From Lepidodermella squamata (taxonomy: Eukaryota > Animalia > Gastrotricha), in NCBI GenBank assembly GCA_047495785.1, contig JBLDXI010000042.1, positions 4,154,001-4,218,000 on the forward strand: DNA of 64,000 nt, given 5' to 3'. The number at the start of each line of letters is the position of its first letter. Position 1 is the stretch's first letter. Position numbers and translations under genes: made by a program. Shown piece after piece: positions 12,045-24,719 of the stretch. The notes below the pieces were generated by a model, which worked only from the letters and a program-made list of their open reading frames with translations, did no database searches and had not been told where the DNA came from.

Positions 12045-13637
12045 AATCGTTCTGATATTGTAGCTGGAATGGCTAAATTTTTATGAATTTCCGATCTTTA
12101 CATCTGCGATTTCCCAGTTGAAATGGATTTCCAAACTCAAGTCATCTGCAACTTTCTTTGAACTTCAAATCGAAAGCGTGATCGAAAACTGATTAGCTCA
12201 GATGTCGCATGTTGTTGCCATAATTGCAGCAATTTGTTAAATCACCAGAATCATTATTTTCGTGCCATCTGATGAATCATCGAGGTGCTTAAATTTCCAA
12301 ATTCTTTAACTACGTGTAGGTAGTTATAAAAGTATTCTATTGTCCACGTTATTGTTCGACTCCTTTTCCCGATTTCTGCTTGTTTGTTTCGCACGAGTTA
12401 TTTGACTCTAGCCTTGTTATACCTGGCACCTGGTTGCACCTGGTTTCAGGCAATGCTAAGTATCGTCAATCATCAAATCATCAGCCAAAATCATTGGATG
12501 CAGCAGTTTTACTCTGCCCGCCATAATTTGCCGCGTATAAAAAGTCGCGATCGCAGCTGGTGCTTCGCCACGTAAACACCACCAGATTAAGGTATAAAGC
12601 ATCAGATAACATAATAAACAAAAGGCTGAAAAATTGAGGAACCTCACCTAATAGACAGCGCTAAACGTATATTGCTTGAGTTTTAGTAGAGTATTAATGA
12701 GAAAACAGAGAAGGTTTGTGAGCGCAAAAGAGTCCGTAAAATGGATAAATAACCCGTTGATGGAAAACGAGACGAACTGCTGAAGTGAAGAATGAAATTC
12801 AAAGTCATTAGAAGGAAATAGGAGGGAAAGGGTGCTTTGGATAACGAAGACACCAAAGGAATTTACGAAGTATTTGGCGAGGGTCAAGATGAAGAGAAAA
12901 TAGAAAATCGTAGTAGAGAAAAGCTGAAGTGGAGATTGCAGAAGAATTATATCATTCCTTACTGTCTTCATTTCCTTATATCCTCAGCAGCTTTTCTAGA
13001 TATATGCGACTGGTATAATATGCGAGGAACGGGTGGTATAGAACAAAGGGTGGTTATTGAAGGAGAGGCTAAGACGGCGATGTCATTGTACGTGTGTAGT
13101 GATTGATAACAGACCACATCAAGAATTTAGAAATACAACCCACCGAGAGTCTTACACTTTTGGGCTAAGCCGAATCCATCATAACGTTTTTTGTCTTTTC
13201 TAGTTTCTAGAGACAATTGAAGATATTTAGCCAGCCGTCACATCGGGTAACTCAACTTGAGATGGGAAATGTATTTGCTAGTGAAACCACCCTTTCGCTT
13301 TCGCCATTTCACTGTCGTCAATTAAACTTTTCTTGTATTTATTTTATGTAGTTTTGTGAATTTTTTGCTTCGGACAAAATATTACACTACTGAATAGTGC
13401 TATCATCATCCGCTATAGCGTGAAGAATGATTATATTCTTGTAGCTGCATATGAAACCCGAAAGCAATTAGAACGCACCGAAGCGCGTCGCGGCTGATTC
13501 AACAATTAGAAGCTGAGCTATTTTTGTTTCATATGCCACGTCATGGAGGCTATAAATCGCGGTATTGTCGACTGAATATTTCACTTTCGACTTTTCATTC
13601 TCCTTTTTTCATTTTTGTTTCTTCTCTCATTAGAAAA

Positions 13638-13930
13638 ATGAACAAGCCCCTCACTTGCGCCTTCTTTGTGGTAAGCATGGCGGTAATCTTTTCGATGATG
13701 TGTAGATCTATTGCATTTTTCAGGCCATTTTCGTCGCTGGGGCATACGCCGGGCTACCCATGGCCCCTGCACCTGCACCGGCACCTATACGCATTGCAAC
13801 TCCCAAGGTCCCTGCCGCCGTGGCAACTGCACCCAAGGCGCCTGCAACCAGGGCACCTTTGCCCATGGCACCTGCACCTGCACCAGCTCCTATAGTTGGT
13901 GCACCCAGACCAACTGGTCGCAATTACTGA
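13638..13930 (+). CDS. Small secreted Pro/Ala-rich peptide, 79 aa
   Basis: Exons 13638-13670 and 13724-13930 give MNKPLTCAFFVAIFVAGAYA-GLPMAPAPAPAPIRIATPKVPAAVATAPKAPATRAPLPMAPAPAPAPIVGAPRPTGRNY. TATAAA at 13551. Confidence 0.75.
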
Positions 13931-14975
13931 ACACCCTGGGAGAATGTCTAGTGCCTACCGGATACGGATCTATATACCTATCGTCATTACTTTGCTTGGT
14001 TCGGAACATAGCCATTTGAAACACTTATTTACATGAAAATACTGAAGCGTGGTTTTGGTTACATTAAAATGTGTGAGCTTTCCGGCATCATTATTCTGAC
14101 CAATCATTCCAGCGTGTTATCAAATGTGACGATTGAAAATTTTTAGTCAAATTTACACCTTTTTATGACACGAATAATAGAAAGGTGATCCAGCTCAAAT
14201 TAATTGCTTGCTATCAACGGCCCATTCGACACCGCTAACGATGAGCCATCCCGTGATATGTTCTGCATTATAAAATTGAATTCTAGGCTATTCACGATGT
14301 TCTATCTCAAACTGTTTAATATCGTTCAGCTTTTTGCTGGCTGACTCAAATTTATACCGGCCTCCCTTTCTTTGCAGTTTCCATCGAATATCGAATATGA
14401 ATGAAGCTCAGCAGAAATGCATAATTCCTTCAGGCTTGTAATTATTTTTATTCGATTTGCGTTTGGAATGTGTTGGCTTGCAACCCGCGTCACCAATGCA
14501 GTGATATGGGCTTAGCCAAGAAATGTATTCTTTTGGCATGATTCACGAGATTTATTCAAATGCAATGTGATCACGACTCACGACTAGCATTCTTTGCCGT
14601 CATAGAGATCAAATAGAGATAGAGATTAATCTGATCTCTATGTTTGCTGTCTAATTTCATCTGAATTGTAAAGAGAAGTGTGAAATTCCTTTACTACCTA
14701 AAAGCTATTTCGCAAATTTTGGCAGTCATTAACACAACGAAAGGAACGTTGGCAGTTGGGTGCAGTGCGGCTGATTCAACAATAAAATGAACTTTGCCGC
14801 GCCGAGAATAAGAATACCTCAATGTCATTTTTCTTTATGATGTTTCAACCAACAAATTTGAAATTTGTAAAAATAAGTGTTTATTATTACTTCCTACCAA
14901 GTGTTTTTGTAACAATATATTGAATTACCATCAGTCAGCCTGAATATGTGCTCATATAATATGTTTTCGGTCACC

Positions 14976-15869
14976 TTAGTGCTTGGTGCATTGAGCTGCC
15001 GAGTCGGTGCGCTTGATATCGATTTCGAACCTGAAGGAGCGGTACTTGAGACCAGGGCAGCACGAGTATTCCTTGTCCACGTACGACGCCTTGGTAGCCA
15101 CCAATTGGTATCCTTGCGACTCCTCAAAGTCTTCCGTGCCGATTTCGCTCTTACCGTCAGCGAAGCTGATGTCCATCTTCGTATTGTCGTGAACCCATGA
15201 GCCGGCTTTCAGACTGCACTTGAGAACACCGCCATCAACAGACTTGCACGCCGCCTTCTGCTCAACCTGGCCGATCCAGATCACGGAGCCATCAGCCATG
15301 ACTAAGGCATCAGATGCCAATCGTTGGCGCAGTTGATCGGCAGCACCGCCGTTGAAACTTTTGTAAAGAAAATGAGAAATGCATTAGCCATACCAATGAA
15401 AGCTAGATGACAAAATTACTCATTGTAAAAGACAACGTCAGGCCTCCAAATTTTATCGGCAGGGAGAGCGACGGAGTCGGCGCCTTCAAAGCGTTTCGGG
15501 TCCCAGGAAAGGGCGGCGTCGTTCCAGAACAGTTTGACAAATGATGAAATTGTTGCAAAATTATCCGAATCAACGTTCACGATCTTGACCAAGTCCAGTC
15601 CAAAGGAAACTTTGACTGCGTCGGATCTGAATATAGAAGTGCAGGATTTATAGGTTTGGTAGATCATAAGTCTTACGGTTTAGATACTGGGCGACCTGAT
15701 GTACCCTGTTCGGTGGCGGTATGGAGCAAATGCTTGCCCAAATCACGTTCAGGGGCGTCTGAAATCCAGAAAAGAAAGTCTAATGCTGAATATAAGTTTC
15801 TAGCGACTTACTTGTAGCCGATGCGACGAGTATGATAGCCGAAGCGATGCAGAAAATATTCAGAGCCAT
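14976..15869 (-). CDS. Soluble acetylcholine-binding-protein-like, copy 2
   Basis: Same four-exon structure as 3079-3973 and a near-identical protein (MALNIFCIASAIILVASA...YSCCPGLKY...AQCTKH). About 300 bp of upstream sequence is also duplicated. Confidence 0.9.
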
Positions 15870-16735
15870 AGTGAATATAGATTTCAGTAGTTTTAAAAGT
15901 ATAGACAAAACTTTGTTAGCGAGAGACTGCGGTTGATTTCAGCCGCTATTTTACGCCGGGTTATATAGCTGATGTCCGCGCGTACTTTTTCTATATTATT
16001 GGGCCGCACAAAAAAACGAGATTTTCCTAATAATAAGGATAGTACCCATGTTATCAACGGACTTGGCATACACGTGCGTCAACGGACTGGCAGTACTTAC
16101 ATATGAGGCAATCAGAACACAAATACTCATGCTTATACCGAATGTAATGTGCTAGATTCCCAGGTTAACCGTGAAATTTAATTACTACTCATGGAATGGC
16201 GTCAGCAATAAGGAAAACATCAAGTGGGAGTCTCGCTTTTTTAAAAGGTTATGTCAGCAGACGGTCAGCAGTCTTGTAAAATTGTAAACTACATTACATA
16301 TCCAGCTGTCACCATTCTTAGACTGTCTTACGGTTTACGGCTCCCTCAGCGGTGTCCTTAGCTTATATCAACTCGACCAAGTTCAGGTCACAGACCTGTT
16401 AAATCATTCTGTCAGAGGCAAGCCTGAAACCGCGAACCACCCAAGTCAAGCCAACTAATTTATTCGCCAGAACCGAGAATATTCGGCCAGGCCGGCTATG
16501 GAGACCTGAGGAGTGTGCCTTTTGATGCGTTATAGATACGTTAGCGTATATCTAGAGGTATTAATATCGAGTGCTTGGTCGTTGGGTGCAAAGCGCCTCC
16601 CGTCATCTGTTTAAACAGCGGAAAGAGTTTCCGTCTAACATCATAATACCTAATGCTCATTCGCGTTTTATCATTTTTGTACATTTCTTTCCCATTAAAA
16701 ACCAACTTTACGCAAGCGAGGATAGACGATAGACG

Positions 16736-16986
16736 ATGAAGGCAGCACTCTACTTTGCTCTAATGGCAAGCATTCAAGCATGTTTAGAATTCTAAAATTC
16801 ATTTCCTGTTTATAATAGGCAGTTATGGTCATGGTAGCCTTCAGCCTCAAAATAAGCGAACCTTGGCCTGACCGCGAGCAGGAAAGAGAAATTGCATAAC
16901 TGTCTGCTGGAACTGAAAAATGCCTGAAGGAAAATACATTCAGAAAAATGGAAACCCAATGGAAAAATCATGCCAGTAAGATTTGA
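16736..16986 (+). pseudogene. Probable degenerate small secreted-peptide gene
   Basis: MKAALYFALM, a GC-AG intron (16766-16818), then AVMVMVAFSLKISEPWPDREQEREIA*LSAGTEKCLKENTFRKMETQWKNHASKI*. Layout and flanks resemble the 13638 gene; in-frame TAA at 16897. Confidence 0.45.
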
Positions 16987-17350
16987 AAGTGAGGATTATG
17001 ATGATGGAAAGCATCAAATCCATCCATCAAATTTGCCTCAGGGATCTTTTGCTGTTGGTCAGATCAGATTGACTCAAATTGATACCTGTCTTTCCTTTTT
17101 TTGCAGTTTCTATCGAATATGAATGAAGCGGAGCCGACTGTTACGGAGTAGGCCTGAGAGAAGCTCTTTTGGTACTCCGAGAAAATCGACCGAAGCCTCG
17201 GCGTTCTAAATAAAACCAAAGGGGATTGTAGAGCTCTGGAAAAGCCGCCGAGAGTATTTGGTCCTAAGGCAGCATCGCTTTACTTCATAATGAGTATCAT
17301 CTACTATGAAGGTATCTAAGCTAAACACAAAGCGAAAAAGAAGCAAGTGT

Positions 17351-18347
17351 TTACGAGAGCAAGGTTTTCAATTCTTTGCTGTTTGCTAAATCTTTCGGCT
17401 TTCGGCCGCATTTCGTCACTGCCATCTTATCAGCGCCCCTTTCCAGCAAAAGCTTGACGCCCTCCACGCTCCCATTAGAAGCTGCTCGATGCAGAGATGT
17501 GAAGTTATCGATATCTCCAGCGTTCACATCAGCGCCATTGTCCATAAGAATACGAGCTGTAGCCAACTTGTCATAACCAAAGGCTTGCATCAATGCCGTC
17601 CAGTTACCCTCGCGACTACGCGCGTTGACATCGGCACCACGACTGATGAGCAGCTTAACAACATCATCACATCCGTTTTCAGCAGCCCAGATCAAAGCAG
17701 TGTAGCCGTCTTCATTCTGCATATCGATTTGAGCGCCCTGGTCGAGTAGAAAGACCACCACAGAGATATGTCCATTCCCAGCAGCTCGCATCAGTGCTGT
17801 CCATCGGTAGTAATCAATCGCGTCAATATCAGCACCCTTTTCTGTAACTCAGGTTGAACCCCAATTAGGAATGTCATCTTCACTCTTTACCTATCAAGTA
17901 TTTTACGAGATCTAGATGGCCATTCTCGGCGGCCCTTCTCAACGCCGTAGTGCCGTAGTTAACTGTTCCGCTAACATCCACGCCCGCCTTGACTAGCAAA
18001 TCAACAACCCCCAAATGCCCGTTTCCAGCGGCTAGTGCCAATGCTGACCAGTCGTCCTTGCTCTTAACAGTAGGAACAGCTCCTCGTTCCAACAGCGGAC
18101 CCACAGTAGCAACATGACCACGTTCGCTGGCTCGAATCAAAGCCGTGTAACCCATACTGTCAGTCGCCTCAGTATCGGCGCCATGTTGCAAAAGAAAGGC
18201 CGTCATTTGGGCGTGTCCATTCATCGCAGCCCATATCAGCGGCGTAATTCCTTGCTCGTCTTTGACATTCACTTTTGCACCCTTTTTAAGCAGGGCCTCT
18301 GCTTCCGCGACATTTCCGGTTTTCGCTGCGCCGAAAAGATTGACCAT
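17351..18347 (-). CDS. Ankyrin-repeat protein, about 315 aa with 9-10 repeats
   Basis: Exons 18347-17891 and 17841-17351; recurring GxTxLxxAAxNGHxxxVxxLLxxGADVN units. Confidence 0.92.
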
Positions 18348-18368
18348 GATGAGGCGTAAACAGGTCTA

Positions 18369-19729
18369 CCCAGATGAAAGCGGCTAGGCCTAGGCTAGGT
18401 TTTGTAGCCCTACGGTAGGCCTAAATTTGAAAGCTAGACCTAGCTTAGGCCTAAATTTTTAAGCTAGGCCTAACGTAGGTCTAGATTTTAAACTAGGCCT
18501 AGCCTAGGCTTTTGATTTGCTAGCAAGAAAATGTTAGGCCTATCCTAGGCCTAGGAATCATGCCATTAGGCCTAACCTAGCCCTAGAAATGCATCATCTC
18601 GGCAAGGTTTTAGTTTTCAGTTTTCATAGAGAGATTATTATAAAGCTTTATAGAAGTTTATGAAAACTCATTAAAATCTGAACTGAACCTGCTGAAGCCA
18701 AATTTTCGATCAATTGACGTATTACCCCGCGTCGAGTGTCATGCAACTAAAGCCCGTTTTATAGTGAAATGTCCACTAGAATTTTAATGAAAAACAATAG
18801 GTATAAATGCCACCGTAATCGGGGCACTTCGAAACGGGACAAAAACCACGTTACACTTTATAATGGCATAACATTCAAAGCGCGGTACTACGGTAAATAG
18901 AAAGTGCCTGGTCTACTTCTTCTGCATGAAGCTGTCCAGCATAGGTTGGGGAAATCAAGCAAATTGTACACCCTTTGACCCCTTTTGCATCAATTTTTGT
19001 ATCGAATGACATCATAGTCATGCATTTCAGAAGAAAACCGATTGCACCAGGAGATTCCTCATTAAAAACTGCATCAGTAACCATTTTCAAAATAAAAAAA
19101 ATAAAAAAATAAAATAAAAATAAGGCATGTCAAAAATGATCCAGTGCTGGGGATAACCTCTGTGGTAGACCAGGGTTTAGATGGACCTCTTTCCAACTGC
19201 TATGTGGGGAAATCGACTTATTCTTGAGATTCTTGAACATGCGTGAAAAACGAAAAAACAATCTTGAAACTTATATACCCCTATTAACCAATAATTTGTA
19301 AGAGCGGCCAGCTGGTCTAGTGGTAGCGCGCCCACCTCTTTGGCAAGGCGACCCAGGTTCGACTCCAACCGACGACACAAGTCAACTTCGCCGGAAGTCA
19401 TTCAATTTGTCTTTCGATTCTTTCAAACGATCTAAGGAGCCGATCTACGGTGATAACCGGCACCTGAGACCTTAGGGGGCTGGGTAATTATAATTTTAAT
19501 TACTTATTGCTAATTGCTTTTATTGCTATAATTGATAACGGGAACATATCTAAGGTCTGATCTAGGTTCTAGGCCTAGCATAGGCCTAGCTATTCAAAAA
19601 TAGGCCTAGCATAGGCCTAAATGTCTAGGGTCCTCTTAGGCCTAAATGGGACACTAGTAGGCCTAGCCTAGGGTTTTTTTTGTAAAACGCGATTTAGGCC
19701 TACGCTAGGCCTAGCCTCTTTCATCTGGG
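18369..19729. mobile_element. Non-autonomous TIR DNA element with CCCAG termini and TA flanks, possibly CMC/EnSpm-like
   Basis: CCCAGATGAAAGCGGCTAGGCCTAG ... CTAGGCCTAGCCTCTTTCATCTGGG, TA on both sides, and many palindromic TAGGCCTA subterminal repeats at both ends. Confidence 0.85.
19303..19500 (+). mobile_element. tRNA-derived SINE-like sequence nested in the TIR element
   Basis: A box TGGTCTAGTGG and B box GGTTCGACTCC at tRNA spacing, but no proper acceptor or anticodon stems; AT-rich tail. Confidence 0.6.
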
Positions 19730-21510
19730 TAAAATGCCTATGAATAGAAAAATGAATATGGTTTGCGGTGCAGGTAGGAGAAATAATCAATGGGTTGTGC
19801 TTCCATGAACCATACGGAATTCACAATGATTATTGATCACCGCAAACATGGCAGTGGGGTGGCTCATGCGAGTGTTGTAGGTGAGCAATACTGCTTCAAG
19901 GGTGTGTGTTCAGTATGGTGTCAAGTGTTTAGCCAAGAATAATACAGGTGGCGCCTTCGTATCAGGATTTCGAGTTACTTGAAAATCTTGAAAAATCCGA
20001 ATACATGTTATCTTTCTATTGGGATTGGGTTGGATAAAACTCGCGTGTTTTTTTAATTTAAAAAATTCGATTCCCGGCAAAAAAAGGAAAAAAATTGCCC
20101 AACCGCTGCCCGAGAAATCTGGATCGACAGGTAAATTTTGAAGAATATATAAGAGCTTACCTTGATTTTCAAAAATAGGCCAAGAAACCTCCAAATTTTG
20201 ACATTTTTTAAAATTTTGACACCGTTTGCAAAATTCGAAAACTTGCATATGCTAATTAGACCTTACGCGAATTTCATTCCCTTATGCGCGATTTTTCTCA
20301 AGTTTTTTAAATCGATTTTAGACTAAAATAAGGCTACCGATTGAATTCTCTCATCGTCGAATTTTAATGCAGATGTACGCGCTATATCTACTATACACCA
20401 GGCACCAGGCTCTTAATATCGTGGAAGGGCCACGACTTCTCTCGAAACTATGATAAACCGCGTAAAAGTCTCCGATTAAAGTTGATAAGTCGCCCGCCGC
20501 GATTTTCGTATAGCATTTAATTTAGGTGAAGCCCAGTGTGCAAAGAAGATTTCAGCCCCAAACGCAAGGGGTGTTCCTAAACACCTTTCTGAGTGATCAA
20601 ACTTGGGCGATTTTTCAAAAATCGATGGTATATGAAACTATTGGCAAATTTGGTACCGCTGGAAAGCCCAAGAAGTGAGCTATTTCTCAGTGAAATTTCC
20701 CATTTTTTTATCATTTATGCACAACTTATTCAGGGCCAAGGCTCAAAGTGTCCAATTTAGGGTGTCCAAATTTTTGGCCCATTACGGTAGTGGGTTTCAG
20801 TTAAATCTCCAGAACCGATACTTGATCTTTGAGCGCCGCGATCGAATGCTGGATATTGGAATCTTCTATACGGCGAATGCAGCACAATATATGTCAAAAC
20901 TACAATTTTTACTTGAACTTTAACTCATTTTACTGCGTCAGGAAATTTGTACACCTTTAAAACAATAACAACAGCATCACTAAATAGAATTCGATGGCAG
21001 GTTATAACATCATCATAGCTATTCACATTTTAACAGTTAATATAATTTTTTAAATATTTTTTAAACGCATCATAGATATAAAGCCGTATTTCTGTAGAAT
21101 AGTAAGACTGTAGTAGGACGTATCAACTCGAAGCGGAAGACGTTTTCTCCGAAAACAAAGCAGCAGGCTTGAAAATGCAGCAGTAAAAGTTGAAAAGCAC
21201 CAATACAAAAAATTTGAAGCTCAAAAATCGATGCACATCGTCCTATAACAGATAACTCTGAGGTAGGCATGGATTAGAAAAACACGTATTAGAAAATTCA
21301 AACAAGGATAGGACACAATTTTTCAGCGTTTTAAACGTTGCAATATTTCACGTAAAAACTTTGAGGTAGAAAGTAGGAGCGAGAAGTTTTCTTTTCAAAA
21401 GTTGTATTTTTTAGTTTCCGTATATCAGTATTTTTTCAAATGAGGTGAGAGTGGGCTGAGGGCGAGAAACCGATGTGCATCCACTTTGTTCCATTTTTCA
21501 AGGCGCTTGT

Positions 21511-24500
21511 CTATTGCTCGAACGCGCAGACGACGCATCGACTGACGTGGTTGAGGACGTTGCCGGGTTTTAGGATTTTGCCCGGGCGGTGTTTTGCGCT
21601 GTCGACGCCTTCGTAGGGCGGGTTTGCTAGAAGCCAGTAGCTCATCTTGTCCGAGTAAAGGTGGCACGAACCATCGGCGTTGCATTCGATGTAGGGGTGA
21701 GGCCTGTAGTCCTCGAGGCAGGATCCAGGTGAAGCGAGGGGTTGACCGCCTCCCATGGCTCCAATCGAATGCTAAAGAAATGAAATGGATACAATTAAAA
21801 GAATATATTGGGAAAGTGAATGATCTTAGAAAATGAAAGAAAGGATACCCTAGATAGGATAGGCAAAGATATGACACTGAAGAATGCGGCATTAGGATTT
21901 AGTGGGATGTGGGATGAGAGTTAAGGTGAGGTGAAAGGAAAGGAAAGGAAAGGAAAGGAAAGGAAAGGAAAGGAAAGGAAAGGAAAGGAAAGGAAAGGAA
22001 AGGAAAGGAAAGGAAAGGAAAGGAAAGGAAAGGAAAGGAAAGGAAAGGAAAGGAAAGGAAAGGAAAGGAAAGGAAAGGAAAGGAAAGGAAAGGAAATGAG
22101 GTGGGGCAATTTGGGATAGAGACGTAGGAGAGGATTGGAAAAGCTAAGATCAGTCAATATTTTATGGGGAAGGATGAATCAAATCATTGTAAGCGAAAGG
22201 AGTATTTGTTTTATATTCTGATTGAAGAATAGTTCAAGTTAAGGGCAACATACCATGACGAAGCTGTAGCCGTGCCATAACTCTTTCCAACCAGCCCTAC
22301 AGCTGATGCTTTGATTGCTCTGGCTATGGAATGCCATGACAGGTCCTCTCGCTATGCAGACCGAGCAGCGACTGATGTATTGCTCGATTTCCTTATTCCT
22401 CAGCGTTTTCATCGGCTTCGTCACTGTTTCGTCATAGCCGGTGCCTGATGCGGCGAATTCAGGGTGACCAGTGTTGATATAGGCTGATAACCAGTATGAT
22501 TGCGATGTCCGGTGGGCGAACGAACAGATTTCGTCTGAACCGCAGAACATGAACGGCATTGGGTCGAATTTTAGTAAGCAAGACCCGGCTTGGCCCAGAT
22601 CCTGAACATGCGCCCTTCCTTCGTCTTCGGTATGCAACAGGGAGAATCCGTCCCAGAGGCGAGCGTGGCCTGGAGCGCAGCCACGTGTGTCGAGCTGATC
22701 CGGGTCAGTTGCTAACTGACTGTGGCGGGTGTAGATGTAAGCTGAGACACCCCTTTCTCCCTTAGGACCAAGATTGACAACTTCAGTCTCGCGGCCGGTA
22801 GCTTCGTTCAGAGAGTCACCCTTGTCACCTTTGTCACCCTTTTCACCCGGAGGACCAGGAGGGCCGGCTAGACAAGTCGCTGGGCAAGTTCCCGGTGCTC
22901 CGTCAGCACCAGCTGGACCAGCTGGACCTGGCTCACCACGCTCGCCCTGTTGACCAGGGAACCCATCCAACCCTCTGTCACCCTGGGGCCCGGGTCCTCC
23001 AGGCGACCCGGGTTCGCCTTTCTGGCCTTGAGGTCCTGGTACCGGTTCTTTCTCGCCAGGGGGGCCAGCGGGTCCAATCGGGCCAGGGACACCCTGAGGA
23101 CCCGGTGGGCCGGGAAGAGATGGACCCGGGGGTCCCTTGTCACCCTTGTCACCTTTCGAACCCGGAAGACCTTCGAATCCTGGGACACCAGCAGGACCCT
23201 TCGGGCCAGGGAACCCTGGATCTCCCATATCACCTTTCGGGCCTTGACTTCCCACAAATTGAGCACCCGGTTCACCCCTATCACCCTTCGCGCCATCTTT
23301 TCCGTCCCTGCCGTTGCGACCTGGGCTGCCAGGAGGGCCCTACGAAAAGAAGATTTCAAAATAAAGACGCTCTTACATCGGAAAAGTAACATACCGAAGG
23401 TCCAGGAGGTCCTGTGACAGATTCTCCTTGATCACCCTGAAAACCTGGCTCACCTCTATCACCCTATATTCGAACAAATTAAATAAAATGATCTCATCAA
23501 TTTTCGACATTCAACTCACCTTGTCACCCTTGTATACGGAGCTCCCTGATTCTCCTTTCGCGCCGCTATCACCCTTGTCACCCTTGTCACCCTGATGTCC
23601 GATGCCATCGCGACCGGGTGTACCAGACTCACCGCGATCACCTCTATCTCCGCGCTCACCTTTCGCGCCTTTGTAACCACGAGGACCGTCAGTTCCATTT
23701 TTACCCTACATTAATTGATTAATAATTACTATTTAATTTTTTAATTTATGAAAAAACTTACAGCAATGCCTGGGCAGCCTCGCTTGCCAGGGACACCCGT
23801 GTCACCCTTAGGGCCGGGAGATCCTCGGGTGCCTTGTTCACCCTTCTGACCAGGATTACCATTCAGACCGTCGCGCCCATTGTCACCCTGGGGCCCTGGG
23901 TATCCCCGCTCACCTCGAGGACCCGGCTCACCTGGTTTGCCAGTCGAACCAGGTGGCCCAGTCTCGCCTCGTTGGCCATTTTCACCTTGAGGGCCCTAAA
24001 TGAAAAAATGTATACAAAATCGGAATGTTTACAAAATAACTTACCGGTAACCCTGGGCGACCGGGTAACCCGGCCAGGCCGATCTCACCCTTGTCACCCT
24101 TCAAACCGCGAGGTCCGACGTCACCCGGTTCACCAGGCCGGCCGTTGAGTCCAGCGATGCCTTGAGCACCCCGCTGGCCCTGCTCACCCCGATCACCCTT
24201 AGGGCCCTGAGGACCCGGCGGGCCGTAACCTCCAGGAGGGCCCTGGCAATCGCACGTAGCCGAATCCGTGCAGAGCTCAGAAACACCCGCTCCAGATCCA
24301 TACGCAATCCTCGGGCCTTCAACTTCCAACTTATCCAAATGCTGGTTGTAACCCGACCTTAGCTTTGTCCCCTTCTTGATAGAATGAGCGCTTCTCGCTA
24401 TTTTAGGCACCGTCGCGTTATCTGAGTGGTGCTTGTGGTGGTGATGGTGCTGCTTTTTGACATAGGATACATTACCAGCCGCGGCTGGAGCCTCCGTTGA

Positions 24501-24719
24501 AGCGTCCGAAACTAGGCCACTTTCAACAACAGGCGCTGCGGTTTCCTCGACTACGACAGCGGCAGGTTCCACCACGACGGGTTCCACCTCGGATTCGGTG
24601 CCGGTTGAAGGTGTTGACGTGAATAACGATACGTTGAAGCCAAACAAATCGATAGCACCGGCGTGCGAAATCGCCAACAGCAGCGTTAAGGCGGCTGGGG
24701 CCAGGTGTGATCGCCTCAT
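21511..24719 (-). CDS. Short type IV collagen chain (7S-like start, about 430-residue helix, NC1 domain)
   Basis: Signal [22 protein letters not shown]; [11 protein letters not shown] precedes Gly-X-Y repeats spread over five exons. Bipartite NC1: YTRHSQ...LWDGFSLL...[10 protein letters not shown]...YISRCSVC and AFHSQ...LWHGYSFVM...[13 protein letters not shown]...HVSRCVVC. Confidence 0.93.
21934..22096. repeat. (AAAGG)n microsatellite, about 32 perfect units, in the last collagen intron
   Basis: Directly visible pentanucleotide run. Confidence 0.99.

Noticed and set aside
13711-14019. Cys-rich ORF (HGPCTCTGTYTHCNSQGPC...) resembling a toxin or metallothionein
   Set aside because: It is a shifted reading of CCTGCA Pro-Ala codons. 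The phase-0 splice from the signal exon selects the Pro/Ala frame.
19303-19376. Possible tRNA gene
   Set aside because: A and B boxes are present but the acceptor and anticodon stems do not pair; treated as SINE-like.
21921-22157. FPFLS and KGKER repeat ORFs
   Set aside because: Translations of the intronic (AAAGG)n microsatellite.
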